Virus record (IMG/VR): IMGVR_UViG_3300048592_000297
Location: 1-62,814 of that record
Source: a virus
Lineage: Duplodnaviria > Caudoviricetes
DNA: 62,814 bases
Strand: one strand, 5' to 3'
Part shown: one piece after another, positions 49,030-58,383 of the stretch
Layout: every line of letters begins with the position of its first letter
Numbering within the stretch: the stretch's first letter is position 1
The notes under the pieces: generated by a model
Told to the model about the DNA's origin: nothing
Seen by the model: the letters and a program-made list of their open reading frames with translations, nothing else
Databases searched by the model: none
Translations under genes and position numbers: made by a program

Positions 49030-50706
49030 TCAGTTCCCGTACATACGTCGGGTAAGTGACGTAGGCAGGAACGAGTTGCGGAACGGGTCGTGTTCAGGGC
49101 GTGCGACAGCGTCGTCAGCCTCAGCGTCATCCGAATCGGCTCGAACAGCCACATGCTCGGTAACTTCCTTGATGCTCTTGTCTTGAGCATCCATTCGAGT
49201 CTGCAGGGAAGCGACGACTTGTGCGAGGCCGGCAACAGCCTTCGTAATGTCATCCAGCGGCTCGGAATCGACGGCCCCCGTGTCAGAGCCGCGTTTCCCC
49301 ATCACAGCCGTGGGAGTGCCGATATGACCAATTGTGGATCGAGGCCCCCACTTCTTCTCGTGGGCCTTGAACCCACCACTGGCATCCTTGTTGAGGAACG
49401 GACGCCCTCCGGCTTGAACCAGCCGATTCAGCACTTCGTTGATGCTCTCCTCGACAATCTCCCCCAACTGGACTGTCGTCAGTTGGATCAGTTCGTCGGT
49501 GCTAGCATCACTGCTAGGATCGGTATCCTTGTCATCCCCGGTAGCGTCGGCAACGGCATCGTCACGAGCCACGGAGTCTTTCTGTTTGTCGTTTGCAGGC
49601 ATAGTCGCCGCTCTCCTCTTGGATGAATTGTCTGCACCACCATCGTCGTTTCGTGACGCAGCAGTAGCAGCGTTGTCGCTGGCTCCGCGCTGGGCCGAAA
49701 CTATCCTAGCAATGGGCAAAGCCGACAACAGCAGCTCTGCCCAAGCGTAGAACTCGTCAAGAACTTGTTTCAAGATACGTGCGCGCATCTCCGGCTCCTC
49801 ACCGGAATGTAACAGCGTTCTTCGTACAATGCATTGTAGCAGCTCCACCCCGGTTTCGACGGAGGTCGTGTAGTGCTTGTCAGCAATCGCGGACACAAAA
49901 AACGTGTGTCCCCACCCATCAGATCCGTAGGAACCGTTGATGATAGACGGGCGGATAGCAAACGGGAGGTCGTCCTCCACATCGGCTCTGGAGATGACTA
50001 CAGTCACATTGTCGTCTAACGCAGTCGTTTCGCTGATGGCAGTCTTCGGCCGGTCATGCCGCACAAGCACGAGTTTGTCGCCCTGCGGGATCAAGTCTTC
50101 TGCGGCGTAAGCTATAGCGTTTGCTGCAAGCCACGCTTCTGCGGTTTCACGATTGTCGGAAGCAAAGACCACACGGTCCAGCGACAAGTACGCGCTCGCG
50201 TTGTCGTACTTCGTGAGCAACGCCTCTGCTTGCGCACCATCCACCGTCACGACCAAACCATCCCGCACCGGAATGGAAACAGTTCTGGGCTCGTTGTCGG
50301 AAGCGGTCTGAACGATCTGCTTACGTTTCAGGTAGAGCGCGGTGTCGGTGCGTACTACCTCGTACTGCTCCTGTGGCAGTCCAAACTCCGCAAGGATTTT
50401 CCCAACGTCCTCCTCGGCAGTTTCGTAAGGCAAAACCAAACTCAGCGGCAGCAGATCTAAAACCACCATGTCCTCGGTCTGGTGCCGACGCCGACGCGAG
50501 CGCGACAGCAGAACGTCACCATCCTCGCCTCGCACGATCTTGAACGCTTTGCGATTGGCAGGGGTCTTGACTACAGACAGAAACCGAGGCTCCTCAAGCT
50601 CTAGGAGCTTGGCGCTTTTCAGATCGACGCCGTCTACAGTAGACGGTAGATCCTCGCGTCGTACCGTGCCACGACGCCTTCGCGTTCTGAAATCTGAACT
50701 AGCCAT
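49030..50706 (-). CDS. Putative scaffold/head assembly protein
   Basis: Between protease and capsid; N-terminal FLSVVKTPAN motif; acidic, low-complexity C-terminus. Confidence 0.65.
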   Translation of the reverse strand: MASSDFRTRRRRGTVRREDLPSTVDGVDLKSAKLLELEEPRFLSVVKTPANRKAFKIVRGEDGDVLLSRSRRRRHQTEDMVVLDLLPLSLVLPYETAEEDVGKILAEFGLPQEQYEVVRTDTALYLKRKQIVQTASDNEPRTVSIPVRDGLVVTVDGAQAEALLTKYDNASAYLSLDRVVFASDNRETAEAWLAANAIAYAAEDLIPQGDKLVLVRHDRPKTAISETTALDDNVTVVISRADVEDDLPFAIRPSIINGSYGSDGWGHTFFVSAIADKHYTTSVETGVELLQCIVRRTLLHSGEEPEMRARILKQVLDEFYAWAELLLSALPIARIVSAQRGASDNAATAASRNDDGGADNSSKRRAATMPANDKQKDSVARDDAVADATGDDKDTDPSSDASTDELIQLTTVQLGEIVEESINEVLNRLVQAGGRPFLNKDASGGFKAHEKKWGPRSTIGHIGTPTAVMGKRGSDTGAVDSEPLDDITKAVAGLAQVVASLQTRMDAQDKSIKEVTEHVAVRADSDDAEADDAVARPEHDPFRNSFLPTSLTRRMYGN

Positions 50707-51319
50707 TAAGCTGTTCCTTCACGTTTGCAAACAAAGTGTATCGATGTCGATGTACCCTGCCCGCTTCGTCTGCCGCCAGATCAGTATACGTGTGGCTTGC
50801 TATCGTATGCAAGTGCCCGACACTGTCGGCCGTCTCTCCTCGAACAACGCGCCCGAAATCATCCAACTCAACCGAAAACGAGTGCACGTGCCCGTCTAGG
50901 ATGGACGGGTACGTTACCCCACGAGCTTCAGTTAGGTTTGGGTAGACTACCCCGACTTCGAGACTGGACACCAGAGCTTCATAGGAGAAACCATTCAGCT
51001 CACCGGACAGTATATCACCCCAAATCTTGTCGTCAAGCACTAAAATACCGATGACCCAAGCCCCAGTGATGAACGTCGAATCCCCCTCACGGGCTATGAA
51101 ACTCTCCACTACCCTGATCTTGTCGCTCACATCCTTGTTGTCGTGATCCAGATCAATCTGGAACCCATTTATCATGAACCCGTAGGCGAACTGACGGATG
51201 TTCTCAGCGGTGTGCAGATCGCCGTACACATTACGCTCGTCTGGCACGAGCACTTCAGCAAATACAAGCCGTTCATGCTCCCCGGAAACCGGCTTGAACT
51301 TCAGCGTTGTCTTTGCCAC
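50699..51319 (-). CDS. XkdF-like prohead serine protease
   Basis: VFAEVLVPD..GD..IDLDH..VVESF..GELNGFS; GTG start after GGAG (ORF track gives 51415). Confidence 0.85.
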   Translation of the reverse strand: MAKTTLKFKPVSGEHERLVFAEVLVPDERNVYGDLHTAENIRQFAYGFMINGFQIDLDHDNKDVSDKIRVVESFIAREGDSTFITGAWVIGILVLDDKIWGDILSGELNGFSYEALVSSLEVGVVYPNLTEARGVTYPSILDGHVHSFSVELDDFGRVVRGETADSVGHLHTIASHTYTDLAADEAGRVHRHRYTLFANVKEQLNG

Positions 51320-51336
51320 TACACGCTCCGCTAGGT

Positions 51337-51352
51337 TTGCAATCGTATGCAA
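51337..51352. promoter_or_regulatory. Intergenic copy of the dispersed motif
   Basis: TTGCAATCGTATGCAA just upstream of the protease RBS. Confidence 0.55.
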
Positions 51353-51380
51353 CGATACAACAGATGCGCCGTATTTACAA

Positions 51381-53453
51381 CTACCCAGCAAACACAGCCA
51401 CACCCGGGTGAACATATACCTTGTCGGTGGTGATGTCTACGCTGGTCAAATTGGTCCCAACATACGCCAACCCGGAGACGTCCCCCGCAGGAGTAGCAAA
51501 ACTGGTGATTACTGCGCCAGACTTCCCATCGACCCGCCACACCTTGTCGTTGTTTTCGTCCCCTATAAGCAGATCGCCCTCGTAATACGAAAGAGCAGCA
51601 GGTTTTGTGTCGGTCTCGCCGACGGGCAGAGACAGAGTATGATCTACCGCACCTGCACCTGTGTAGAACGAGATGCCTGTCTCCGCAGGGCTGGTCCGCC
51701 GATATGCCTGCACAACGAACCGCCCATCGAACACGATACTGCTGAAGTCGTACTCATGGGCTGCGAACGTGCTCTGCACAGTCGATGTCTTGCCCGTCAT
51801 CCGGCTCACTACCTTGGGAGTGGTCCCGCCAAGAACCCACAAATCCGTGCCATCCCACGTCAACGCAACCGGAGACGTGAGTCCGTGCGCAACAGTGGAC
51901 GTTACTGTGGAAGACACGCCTGAGTGCACGTAAAAGTTGGTGTCGTCCATCGTTACTAGATTCGCACCATCAAAGCACATACCACGAATCGTCGCTGTCG
52001 GAGTAGAAAAGCTCGTGTTCTGTGAGCCGTTATTGGCCGCAAACCACGTAGGCCAGAACGGCATCAAGCCGTTGTGCACATACGCATAGCCGTCTGCGTT
52101 GTCAATAGTGATGAGGTTCACGCCATCAAACGCTACCCCCTCCACATCGTTGCCTTTCGGCGACGCGAACGAGTCTTCGACAGTGACGGTTCGCCCAGTA
52201 TGTACGTACAGCTTGTTGGCGTCGCTATCTGCCGTGACCAGCTTATCGCCACACCAACACACTTGCCGGGTGTTAGTTGACGGTGCAGAAAACGTCTCGG
52301 CGAGAGAGTTCCGTGTTAAGTTCAGCGTACCGACCAGATCCGCAGCGCCCGTAGTGCCAAGAATGATATTCCGGCCATCGGTCGCCAACCCACGAACATA
52401 AGTACTCAGCGACGTGACGTTCATAGTGCTTAGTACAGTTGACGAAAAGCCGTCCATGTGTAGGACGTTCTTTGCTCCATCCAGCAGGTACAAATCGTCA
52501 TTGAGCACTACCATACCAAACACATAGTTCGCGTTGTTGTAGGTGAAACTGCTCGCCACAGAACCGGAAATGCCGCTCATGGTGATAATCTTGTCCAGCG
52601 TACCGTCATAGTACGCGATGTTCTCTCCGTCTGCGGTAAGGCAAGCAGCGGTGATGTCACTGCCGGGCAGGGCGATTCTGGTATTGGGTTTGCCCGCCCC
52701 ATTGCCCAAGTACGGCGGGGCATCAGGGAAGGTATACGCGCCTTTGCCGTCGTGAACATAAGCGCGAGCCTCAGACCTGCTCAAGGTGATGATGTTTGTG
52801 CCGTCGAACGTGAGGTCCGACATCCCCGCATCAGTTCCAAAATCGAACGGACACGGGAACGTCTCCAACACCGAGGAGCTTATACCATCGTGGTGGTAGA
52901 GCAGGTTGGTTTCTTCGTCTATCGACCACAAGTCGCCGTCAATGACGGTGATGCCGCGAATATCGCTCGCAGGAGTAGCGAACGAGGTGGTAACGGTGGA
53001 CGAGACGCCAGCGTGGACGTATATCTTGTCGTTCGTGCCATCGCATGTTATGAGGTTTGTGCCGTCGAAGGCGACTCCCGCCAATGCAGTCAGGCTTCCA
53101 GATACACTGAACGAACTGTCAACAGTGGAGGAGTTGCCTTGCATCACCCAAATGGTTTCTGCCGAATCGCCCAGAATGATGTTGTCGCCGTCGTACACCA
53201 TACCGAACACATCAATCCCGCCCGGTTCCGACCACGTACTGCTGACCGTATCAGTAACGCCAGAATGCGTCTTAACTTCGCTGGCGGACCTGTTGTTCAC
53301 TATCAGGTTGTCGCCATCGAAAGTTATAGCGTCGTGGTTGTTGCTGATTGTCAGTGCGACAATTGCACCTGCCGTGCTGTTCAATTCGCCCAGCCACGGA
53401 GGCCATGCCCCAGACATCGCCGCAGCCATCAGAGCCTTGAATCCAAGAGGCAT
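51381..53453 (-). CDS. Triple beta-propeller-repeat protein (putative head appendage/adhesin)
   Basis: ~40-aa blades SF.TP..G..FDG.NL..D..YVH.G in three blocks; start MPLGF after TAGGAG. Confidence 0.7.
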   Translation of the reverse strand: MPLGFKALMAAAMSGAWPPWLGELNSTAGAIVALTISNNHDAITFDGDNLIVNNRSASEVKTHSGVTDTVSSTWSEPGGIDVFGMVYDGDNIILGDSAETIWVMQGNSSTVDSSFSVSGSLTALAGVAFDGTNLITCDGTNDKIYVHAGVSSTVTTSFATPASDIRGITVIDGDLWSIDEETNLLYHHDGISSSVLETFPCPFDFGTDAGMSDLTFDGTNIITLSRSEARAYVHDGKGAYTFPDAPPYLGNGAGKPNTRIALPGSDITAACLTADGENIAYYDGTLDKIITMSGISGSVASSFTYNNANYVFGMVVLNDDLYLLDGAKNVLHMDGFSSTVLSTMNVTSLSTYVRGLATDGRNIILGTTGAADLVGTLNLTRNSLAETFSAPSTNTRQVCWCGDKLVTADSDANKLYVHTGRTVTVEDSFASPKGNDVEGVAFDGVNLITIDNADGYAYVHNGLMPFWPTWFAANNGSQNTSFSTPTATIRGMCFDGANLVTMDDTNFYVHSGVSSTVTSTVAHGLTSPVALTWDGTDLWVLGGTTPKVVSRMTGKTSTVQSTFAAHEYDFSSIVFDGRFVVQAYRRTSPAETGISFYTGAGAVDHTLSLPVGETDTKPAALSYYEGDLLIGDENNDKVWRVDGKSGAVITSFATPAGDVSGLAYVGTNLTSVDITTDKVYVHPGVAVFAG

Positions 53454-53463
53454 CGAGAGTCTC

Positions 53464-54042
53464 CTAAATCGCAATTGTAGTGTAGTGCAGACAACGCTGA
53501 GTAGCGTCGAAGTAAATGGCTGGACGGTCGCTGCTTCGTTGAACCCGTTCGCAGAAATTGAAGTCCTCGCCACCGACCCTGTTTCCGTCCGAGTCGTATG
53601 GAAACTTGAAGTAAGGTTTGCTAATGCTTGCAAATACGTCACGACGAATCATAACGCACCCAGTCCCCACTACATCAACTTCATGCAAACCGGGCTGGGA
53701 ATGTTGATAATCGTGATGATACCCGCCTTGTTCATTACGCACAAAACCTACAGGAATCCTTTCCAACCCACGCGCCATACAGACATGAGCAGAGCACACC
53801 AAAACATTGTGCTGCGCCATGCTCAAAATGTCAGTAACTGGCACAACGTCGCTGTCGATCATCAACAAAAACTCAAAATCGAAACCGCTGTGCAAGAACT
53901 CATTTACGATAACGTTCCTGCAGTAGTCGTGCGGCCGCTCTTGTGGAAAGAACACATTCCTGATACCAGATTGGAGAATCCACTGCACCAGTTCTGTTCG
54001 TAGATTCCCGGTATTTGGTACACCAAGCATGATCTTCGGCAT
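53464..54042 (-). CDS. GT-A fold (family 2-like) glycosyltransferase
   Basis: GVP, RN.IV..FL, LMIDSD (DxD), GTGCVMIRRDVF, GEDFNFC, C-terminal H. Confidence 0.85.
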   Translation of the reverse strand: MPKIMLGVPNTGNLRTELVQWILQSGIRNVFFPQERPHDYCRNVIVNEFLHSGFDFEFLLMIDSDVVPVTDILSMAQHNVLVCSAHVCMARGLERIPVGFVRNEQGGYHHDYQHSQPGLHEVDVVGTGCVMIRRDVFASISKPYFKFPYDSDGNRVGGEDFNFCERVQRSSDRPAIYFDATQRCLHYTTIAI

Positions 54043-54749
54043 TACGTCTCCTTGAACGAGTTCATCAGCGTGTAGCTCGAACCTCCATCCAGAGTAATGA
54101 GTGTGGCAATGGTTCGCTTGCTAGCGTTCAGGTTCAGGTTCAGCGCGCCCTTTGTGACGGAGCCGGGCATCGTGACAGTCCAGCCTCCGGTGCCGTCTTG
54201 GTCGAATATCAGTGTCATATGGGCGGCGACGCCAGACGAAGGCGGGTTGCTGAAAGCGATTGTGGTGTCTGTCGTGAGTGTGATGTGCGCCACATTACCG
54301 GCTTCGAAGTTGACTGTAGTAGTGCCGCCAGAGTCAGTCGGCGTAGAGCGTGTTTCGGCGTAGTCCTTCAAAACCGCCCGCTTTACCGTCTGGTCTGCAG
54401 CATTCATCTCGCCAGTAAGCGCAGCGTTAGCGGCTTGCATAAACCCCGAAAGGGCGTCAGCCGTAGCGCGATGCTGCAAGGTAGTTGACGACGACCACGA
54501 TTGTGCGGTTGTGTTGTCTTGGGCTCGAACGACGGTGATTACATCGCCAGTAACGTCCGTGACCTTTACTACCTCCCACGAGGTTTCATTGTCGGGGAAT
54601 CCGACTGCCGCCGTCATGCGAATGTAATCCCCGCCCGACAGAGTTGGGAACAAATCCCCGTGCCCGGTACTCAACGTCCACTCTACATCGTCAGTGTCTA
54701 CACCGGACGCTAGGGTTACAGCGAAGTTGTTCTTGAATATCTCAGCCAT
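54042..54749 (-). CDS. Putative fibre/appendage adaptor protein
   Basis: KNNF..TLASG..EVVKVT..VVRAQDNT; C-domain LKDYAE..QDGTGGWTVT. Confidence 0.65.
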   Translation of the reverse strand: MAEIFKNNFAVTLASGVDTDDVEWTLSTGHGDLFPTLSGGDYIRMTAAVGFPDNETSWEVVKVTDVTGDVITVVRAQDNTTAQSWSSSTTLQHRATADALSGFMQAANAALTGEMNAADQTVKRAVLKDYAETRSTPTDSGGTTTVNFEAGNVAHITLTTDTTIAFSNPPSSGVAAHMTLIFDQDGTGGWTVTMPGSVTKGALNLNLNASKRTIATLITLDGGSSYTLMNSFKET

Positions 54750-56496
54750 TGAGCGATCTCCTACGTCGTGGTCGGCCTTTCGTCAGATTGCGTCTCGCGC
54801 CTACGTCGCCAACTCCTTTCCCATCTTCCACTAGGTCTATATCTGGAGTTCGCACAGCGGATTCCTCGCGCGGCTCGCTCGGCTGATCCAGCCGTCCGCC
54901 CGCATCAATAGCAGTCTTACGCACACCAATCTGGATTGGAAGATCCATCCAGTCCATCCACCCGTCCTGCCCCTTTTCAGGGTAGAGCGGAATCGATACC
55001 TGCATCTGTTCATTGATGATCGAAATTGCAGAACGAGGGGTAAGAGCACCCATCGCATTCGCTGCAGTAAGTGCATTTACAACTTCGCCCGGATTCGTCA
55101 GCGGCGGTCCTTTCGACTCCAGCTTCACGGTGCGAAGCCCTAGCCCTAGCTCGCTGTTGACGAACGAGTTGTTCAGCCAGTCGTCATGCGCCATGCGCTG
55201 CGGCTGAAAGACTTGCATCTCTGCCACAAAAGTGGAGACATTCGCAGTTGCAAACGAAACGTCTTGACTCTGCCCGAGCAGAACAGGCGGCAATCGAAAG
55301 CATGAGCGCACCTTGTTCTGATTGGCGACATCGTACACGCTGAATAGCCCGTCACTTGGCCGCGAATCGGCAAGCCGCTCAATTGAGATGTGGGCGACCC
55401 CGTGGTCTTCGATACCGCCTGTCTCAGGGATTGCCTCAAGTAGCATAAGCTGGTTTTGCTTACCGAGCCCGCCTTCTTCAGCTACACGTCTGATTTCGTT
55501 GAAGGAATCAGCCGTGAGCCGTCCGCCAGAAATCGTGATGATTGCGGCAGGCACCATGTTGTCTTCGAAGTATCGAAGGTTGCATTCTTCAGCTTCTGCC
55601 GATCCGAGAATGATCTTGAACATGCTGCACCAGCGCGGGATTCCATACACGTCTTCCGAGTCCTGCTTATGGTGCATCAATTCGGTCGCACGATACTTGT
55701 CCGGTATCTTCCCGCCTGCCTTGCTTTGGTACTCGCCAGTGCGATAGTCCATTGTGCGGGGGTCGCCGTACTCCTTGAAGTACACAACCGTTGCGCCGAT
55801 CCGTTGCACATACTTTCGAAATCGCTTGAGTTCTGCGACAGAAACTCTGCTACCGCCCCTGAGCACAGTTTTCGTTACCCGTACCGGCGTCTTCTGGCGC
55901 GACAAAATACGCACGGTCGATACCGGAACGTGGCGCAGCAGAGTTGGACGGCCGGTAATGTTTCGAATAACCTCAAGATAGCGCAGTCCGTACTTCTCGA
56001 ACTCGTATATCTGCGCCCGGTTTTCCTGCACTAGCGAACGGTCGGTGTTCGCATGTTTGATCCACGACATCAGCGTGGCGCGTTCACGAGGGTCAATATC
56101 CACATCCTCGTCGTATGGCACGACTCGATAGCCAAACCCAGCTATATTCGTGACCATAGCATCCACGCATTGTCGCAAAACGTTGCTCTTGCTAAAGAGC
56201 CCGTCCAGAATCCCGAACTGATATACAGGACGCATCTCGACATTGTTGCCGAGAAGTTGTGATAAGCCAGAAGTTCCGTCCAGCATCTCCTGCCTAGACT
56301 GGTCGGCTCGTTTGATGTCCCCAAGCGTCCTACTACCGTCGCCATCAGCGCGGCGAAAGACAACAGCTCTGCCGCCAGACGGCGACAAGCTCATAACCCC
56401 AGTCGCGGCTGGGCGTAGATTGCTAACGTTTGCAACTCCCTCATTCGGGACTCCAACCATCAGATTAGAACGACTACGTCTGCGGGGCTTCATCAA
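54742..56496 (-). CDS. Portal protein (PBSX XkdE-like)
   Basis: YLEVIRN.TG..YFKEYGDPR..YGIPRW..YFEDN..FRLPP.LG. Confidence 0.9.
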   Translation of the reverse strand: MMKPRRRSRSNLMVGVPNEGVANVSNLRPAATGVMSLSPSGGRAVVFRRADGDGSRTLGDIKRADQSRQEMLDGTSGLSQLLGNNVEMRPVYQFGILDGLFSKSNVLRQCVDAMVTNIAGFGYRVVPYDEDVDIDPRERATLMSWIKHANTDRSLVQENRAQIYEFEKYGLRYLEVIRNITGRPTLLRHVPVSTVRILSRQKTPVRVTKTVLRGGSRVSVAELKRFRKYVQRIGATVVYFKEYGDPRTMDYRTGEYQSKAGGKIPDKYRATELMHHKQDSEDVYGIPRWCSMFKIILGSAEAEECNLRYFEDNMVPAAIITISGGRLTADSFNEIRRVAEEGGLGKQNQLMLLEAIPETGGIEDHGVAHISIERLADSRPSDGLFSVYDVANQNKVRSCFRLPPVLLGQSQDVSFATANVSTFVAEMQVFQPQRMAHDDWLNNSFVNSELGLGLRTVKLESKGPPLTNPGEVVNALTAANAMGALTPRSAISIINEQMQVSIPLYPEKGQDGWMDWMDLPIQIGVRKTAIDAGGRLDQPSEPREESAVRTPDIDLVEDGKGVGDVGARRNLTKGRPRRRRSLNG

Positions 56497-56851
56497 CTAC
56501 TGCCTCCAGCCTCTGATAGACAAAGCCCAACGTTCTTAGGTGATCGTTAACGTTGAGCTTGCCTGTTCCGGTATGAACAAACAGGGTTACGATCCAGCCA
56601 TTGCGCCCTTGCGAATGGACTTCGATGGTGCATCGTTTGTTCAGGGTCAACCCGCGAACAAGTTCACGGCATTGCCCAGCGGGCGTGGTGCGAGGGGCTT
56701 TATACGCGTCAGGCGTATCGACGCCATGCAGGCGCGCGCGGGTTTTCTTGAACAGGTTGTCTACGCCAAGATCCACCAAGAGAACCAAATCATCTCCTGA
56801 TGTCACTTGTTCGACTGTTGCAGCATAAACAGGCAAGATACTTACAGACAT
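56474..56851 (-). CDS. Thermonuclease (SNase)-like protein
   Basis: V..GD..LVDLG..RLHGVDTPD..NVNDHL..G. Confidence 0.75.
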   Translation of the reverse strand: MSVSILPVYAATVEQVTSGDDLVLLVDLGVDNLFKKTRARLHGVDTPDAYKAPRTTPAGQCRELVRGLTLNKRCTIEVHSQGRNGWIVTLFVHTGTGKLNVNDHLRTLGFVYQRLEAVVDEAPQT

Positions 56852-56869
56852 CTGCCCAACCTACTTCGC

Positions 56870-56896
56870 CCAAGTAGACAGATTCTACTTGGTTTT
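56870..56896. promoter_or_regulatory. Inverted repeat at the start of the morphogenesis operon
   Basis: CCAAGTAGA-CAGAT-TCTACTTGG; the T run is on the + (antisense) side. Confidence 0.5.
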
Positions 56897-56899
56897 CAG

Positions 56900-57247
56900 T
56901 TACGCATCAACTACTTTGGCGCGACGACGTTGACGTAGACGCGAAACGGTGTTATTGGCGGGCTCTGCAGCCTGCATGACAGTCGATTGCAGCGGTCTTC
57001 GTTGCCGGAGGCGGGTAGGGGCTGGACGAGTAACCGTGGGCGGTTCATAGAACGTCAGCGCCCTTCTAACAAGGCGAAGGTCGTTTCCAAACGCTACTTT
57101 GAAAATGCCAGTGAAGTACGATTCCGGCCGCGCACAATCGGCGGCGGCGGCTTCATGGTTTGAGATCAACTCCCGAACCTTGTCGGCAAACCCGACCGGC
57201 TTCGCCGCCACCAACTGCGGTTTTGTATTCCGACGACGCGCTCTCAC
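56900..57247 (-). CDS. Small Arg-rich hypothetical protein
   Basis: 115 aa; RLRQRR occurs twice. Confidence 0.6.
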   Translation of the reverse strand: MRARRRNTKPQLVAAKPVGFADKVRELISNHEAAAADCARPESYFTGIFKVAFGNDLRLVRRALTFYEPPTVTRPAPTRLRQRRPLQSTVMQAAEPANNTVSRLRQRRRAKVVDA

Positions 57248-57324
57248 AAAGCATTCCCCTTAACGCAACTATCTCGGTGCGTATATTATCGATGTGCAGT
57301 TCTGCGTTGTAAAGCTCAAGCAAC

Positions 57325-57684
57325 TTAGCTGCCAACATTAAATGGTACGCCCGTTCTACCGCCACTGGACCGCCGACCATCTTTACGCACCTCGTTTAGG
57401 ATACGGTTACACCTTGCTATCTGCTTGCAAATCGTTGAGCGTTCTACGCCCACTATCAGCAACAAATGACGTGTCTTCGCCACAAACGCCGTGAACTGCT
57501 TGGTTGTCGGATATAGTGACTTTCGCACCTGCCCGTCGTTAGATGCGGCACGCAAATCGCTTTTCAATGCACGAATCCGTTCGTCCAGTACCTGAAGCTG
57601 TGCGACCAAGTCCTCACGTCTCTCCTGCACAGAACCTCTTGCGCGAGCGGTGTACGTGATTATGGGCCGCTTCGAGTCCGTCAT
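57325..57684 (-). CDS. Hypothetical coiled-coil protein
   Basis: MTDSKRP start, ATGA-coupled. Confidence 0.55.
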   Translation of the reverse strand: MTDSKRPIITYTARARGSVQERREDLVAQLQVLDERIRALKSDLRAASNDGQVRKSLYPTTKQFTAFVAKTRHLLLIVGVERSTICKQIARCNRILNEVRKDGRRSSGGRTGVPFNVGS

Positions 57685-58160
57685 TCGCCCAGCCTCGAAC
57701 CGCGATAGGTAAGCGCACGTATTCGGTGCGTTGCCCATGCAGGCAACGCATTACAACGCCAAAGACACACTGGGTGTGTATAGTCGGAATAGCAGGCCGT
57801 AACCCACCATTGCCCTTTCGTCCTGTATGCGCGAACAAGAAGTATGAGTGCCAGCGAACCGCGCGGGAGCCCATGCACCAGTGACGTTGCCACTTTCGTC
57901 ACAAATCGCTCCGAAAACGCGATACCAGTGAAGTATGTTTCGTAGCGCTGCTTGACGGCAGTCTGCTGCGCAACCACCGCAACTCGGCTAATCTGAAACG
58001 CGCTGCTCTTGGCAGGCATCTTGACCGACTTCAGAGCATAGGCTGCAACTTCTTTAGCCCGCGTCCCAGCGTCGCGTATTGACGTAACGTATTCCGAGAA
58101 GTCGGCAAAGATAACCTCACCGTGATCGGCGTCTGCGCTGAATGTTACCGGCTCCAGCAT
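57681..58160 (-). CDS. Hypothetical protein
   Basis: Start MLEPV after GAAGGGG. Confidence 0.5.
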   Translation of the reverse strand: MLEPVTFSADADHGEVIFADFSEYVTSIRDAGTRAKEVAAYALKSVKMPAKSSAFQISRVAVVAQQTAVKQRYETYFTGIAFSERFVTKVATSLVHGLPRGSLALILLVRAYRTKGQWWVTACYSDYTHPVCLWRCNALPAWATHRIRALTYRGSRLGE

Positions 58161-58365
58161 ACAAGATTTCCCCTTCTGTCTGAACCTGAAGCACCTGTAT
58201 GGTGCTTTTCTCATTCCACCAAGCACGCTCGTCGGCTGGTCGATACTTGCTAACAATAGCAATCGCCGCCTGTTTAGTTGGCGCATCGCAGGCAATCTGT
58301 ACGTGTACGCGCTCAGTCTTCCCTTTGCTAACAGTTACAACGCAACAAAGTGCAAAATACTTCAT
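58117..58365 (-). CDS. Small hypothetical protein
   Basis: 82 aa, ends QRRRRSR. Confidence 0.5.
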   Translation of the reverse strand: MKYFALCCVVTVSKGKTERVHVQIACDAPTKQAAIAIVSKYRPADERAWWNEKSTIQVLQVQTEGEILYAGAGNIQRRRRSR

Positions 58366-58383
58366 GCAACCCCCAGACTCTGC

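Noticed and set aside
57153-57380. 75-aa ORF as a separate gene
   Set aside because: It overlaps both neighbours substantially and has no recognisable motif; cannot be supported from sequence alone.
57731-57746. TTGCCCATGCAGGCAA as a functional motif copy
   Set aside because: It matches the flanks but the GC-rich core departs from the consensus; likely the chance occurrence expected.
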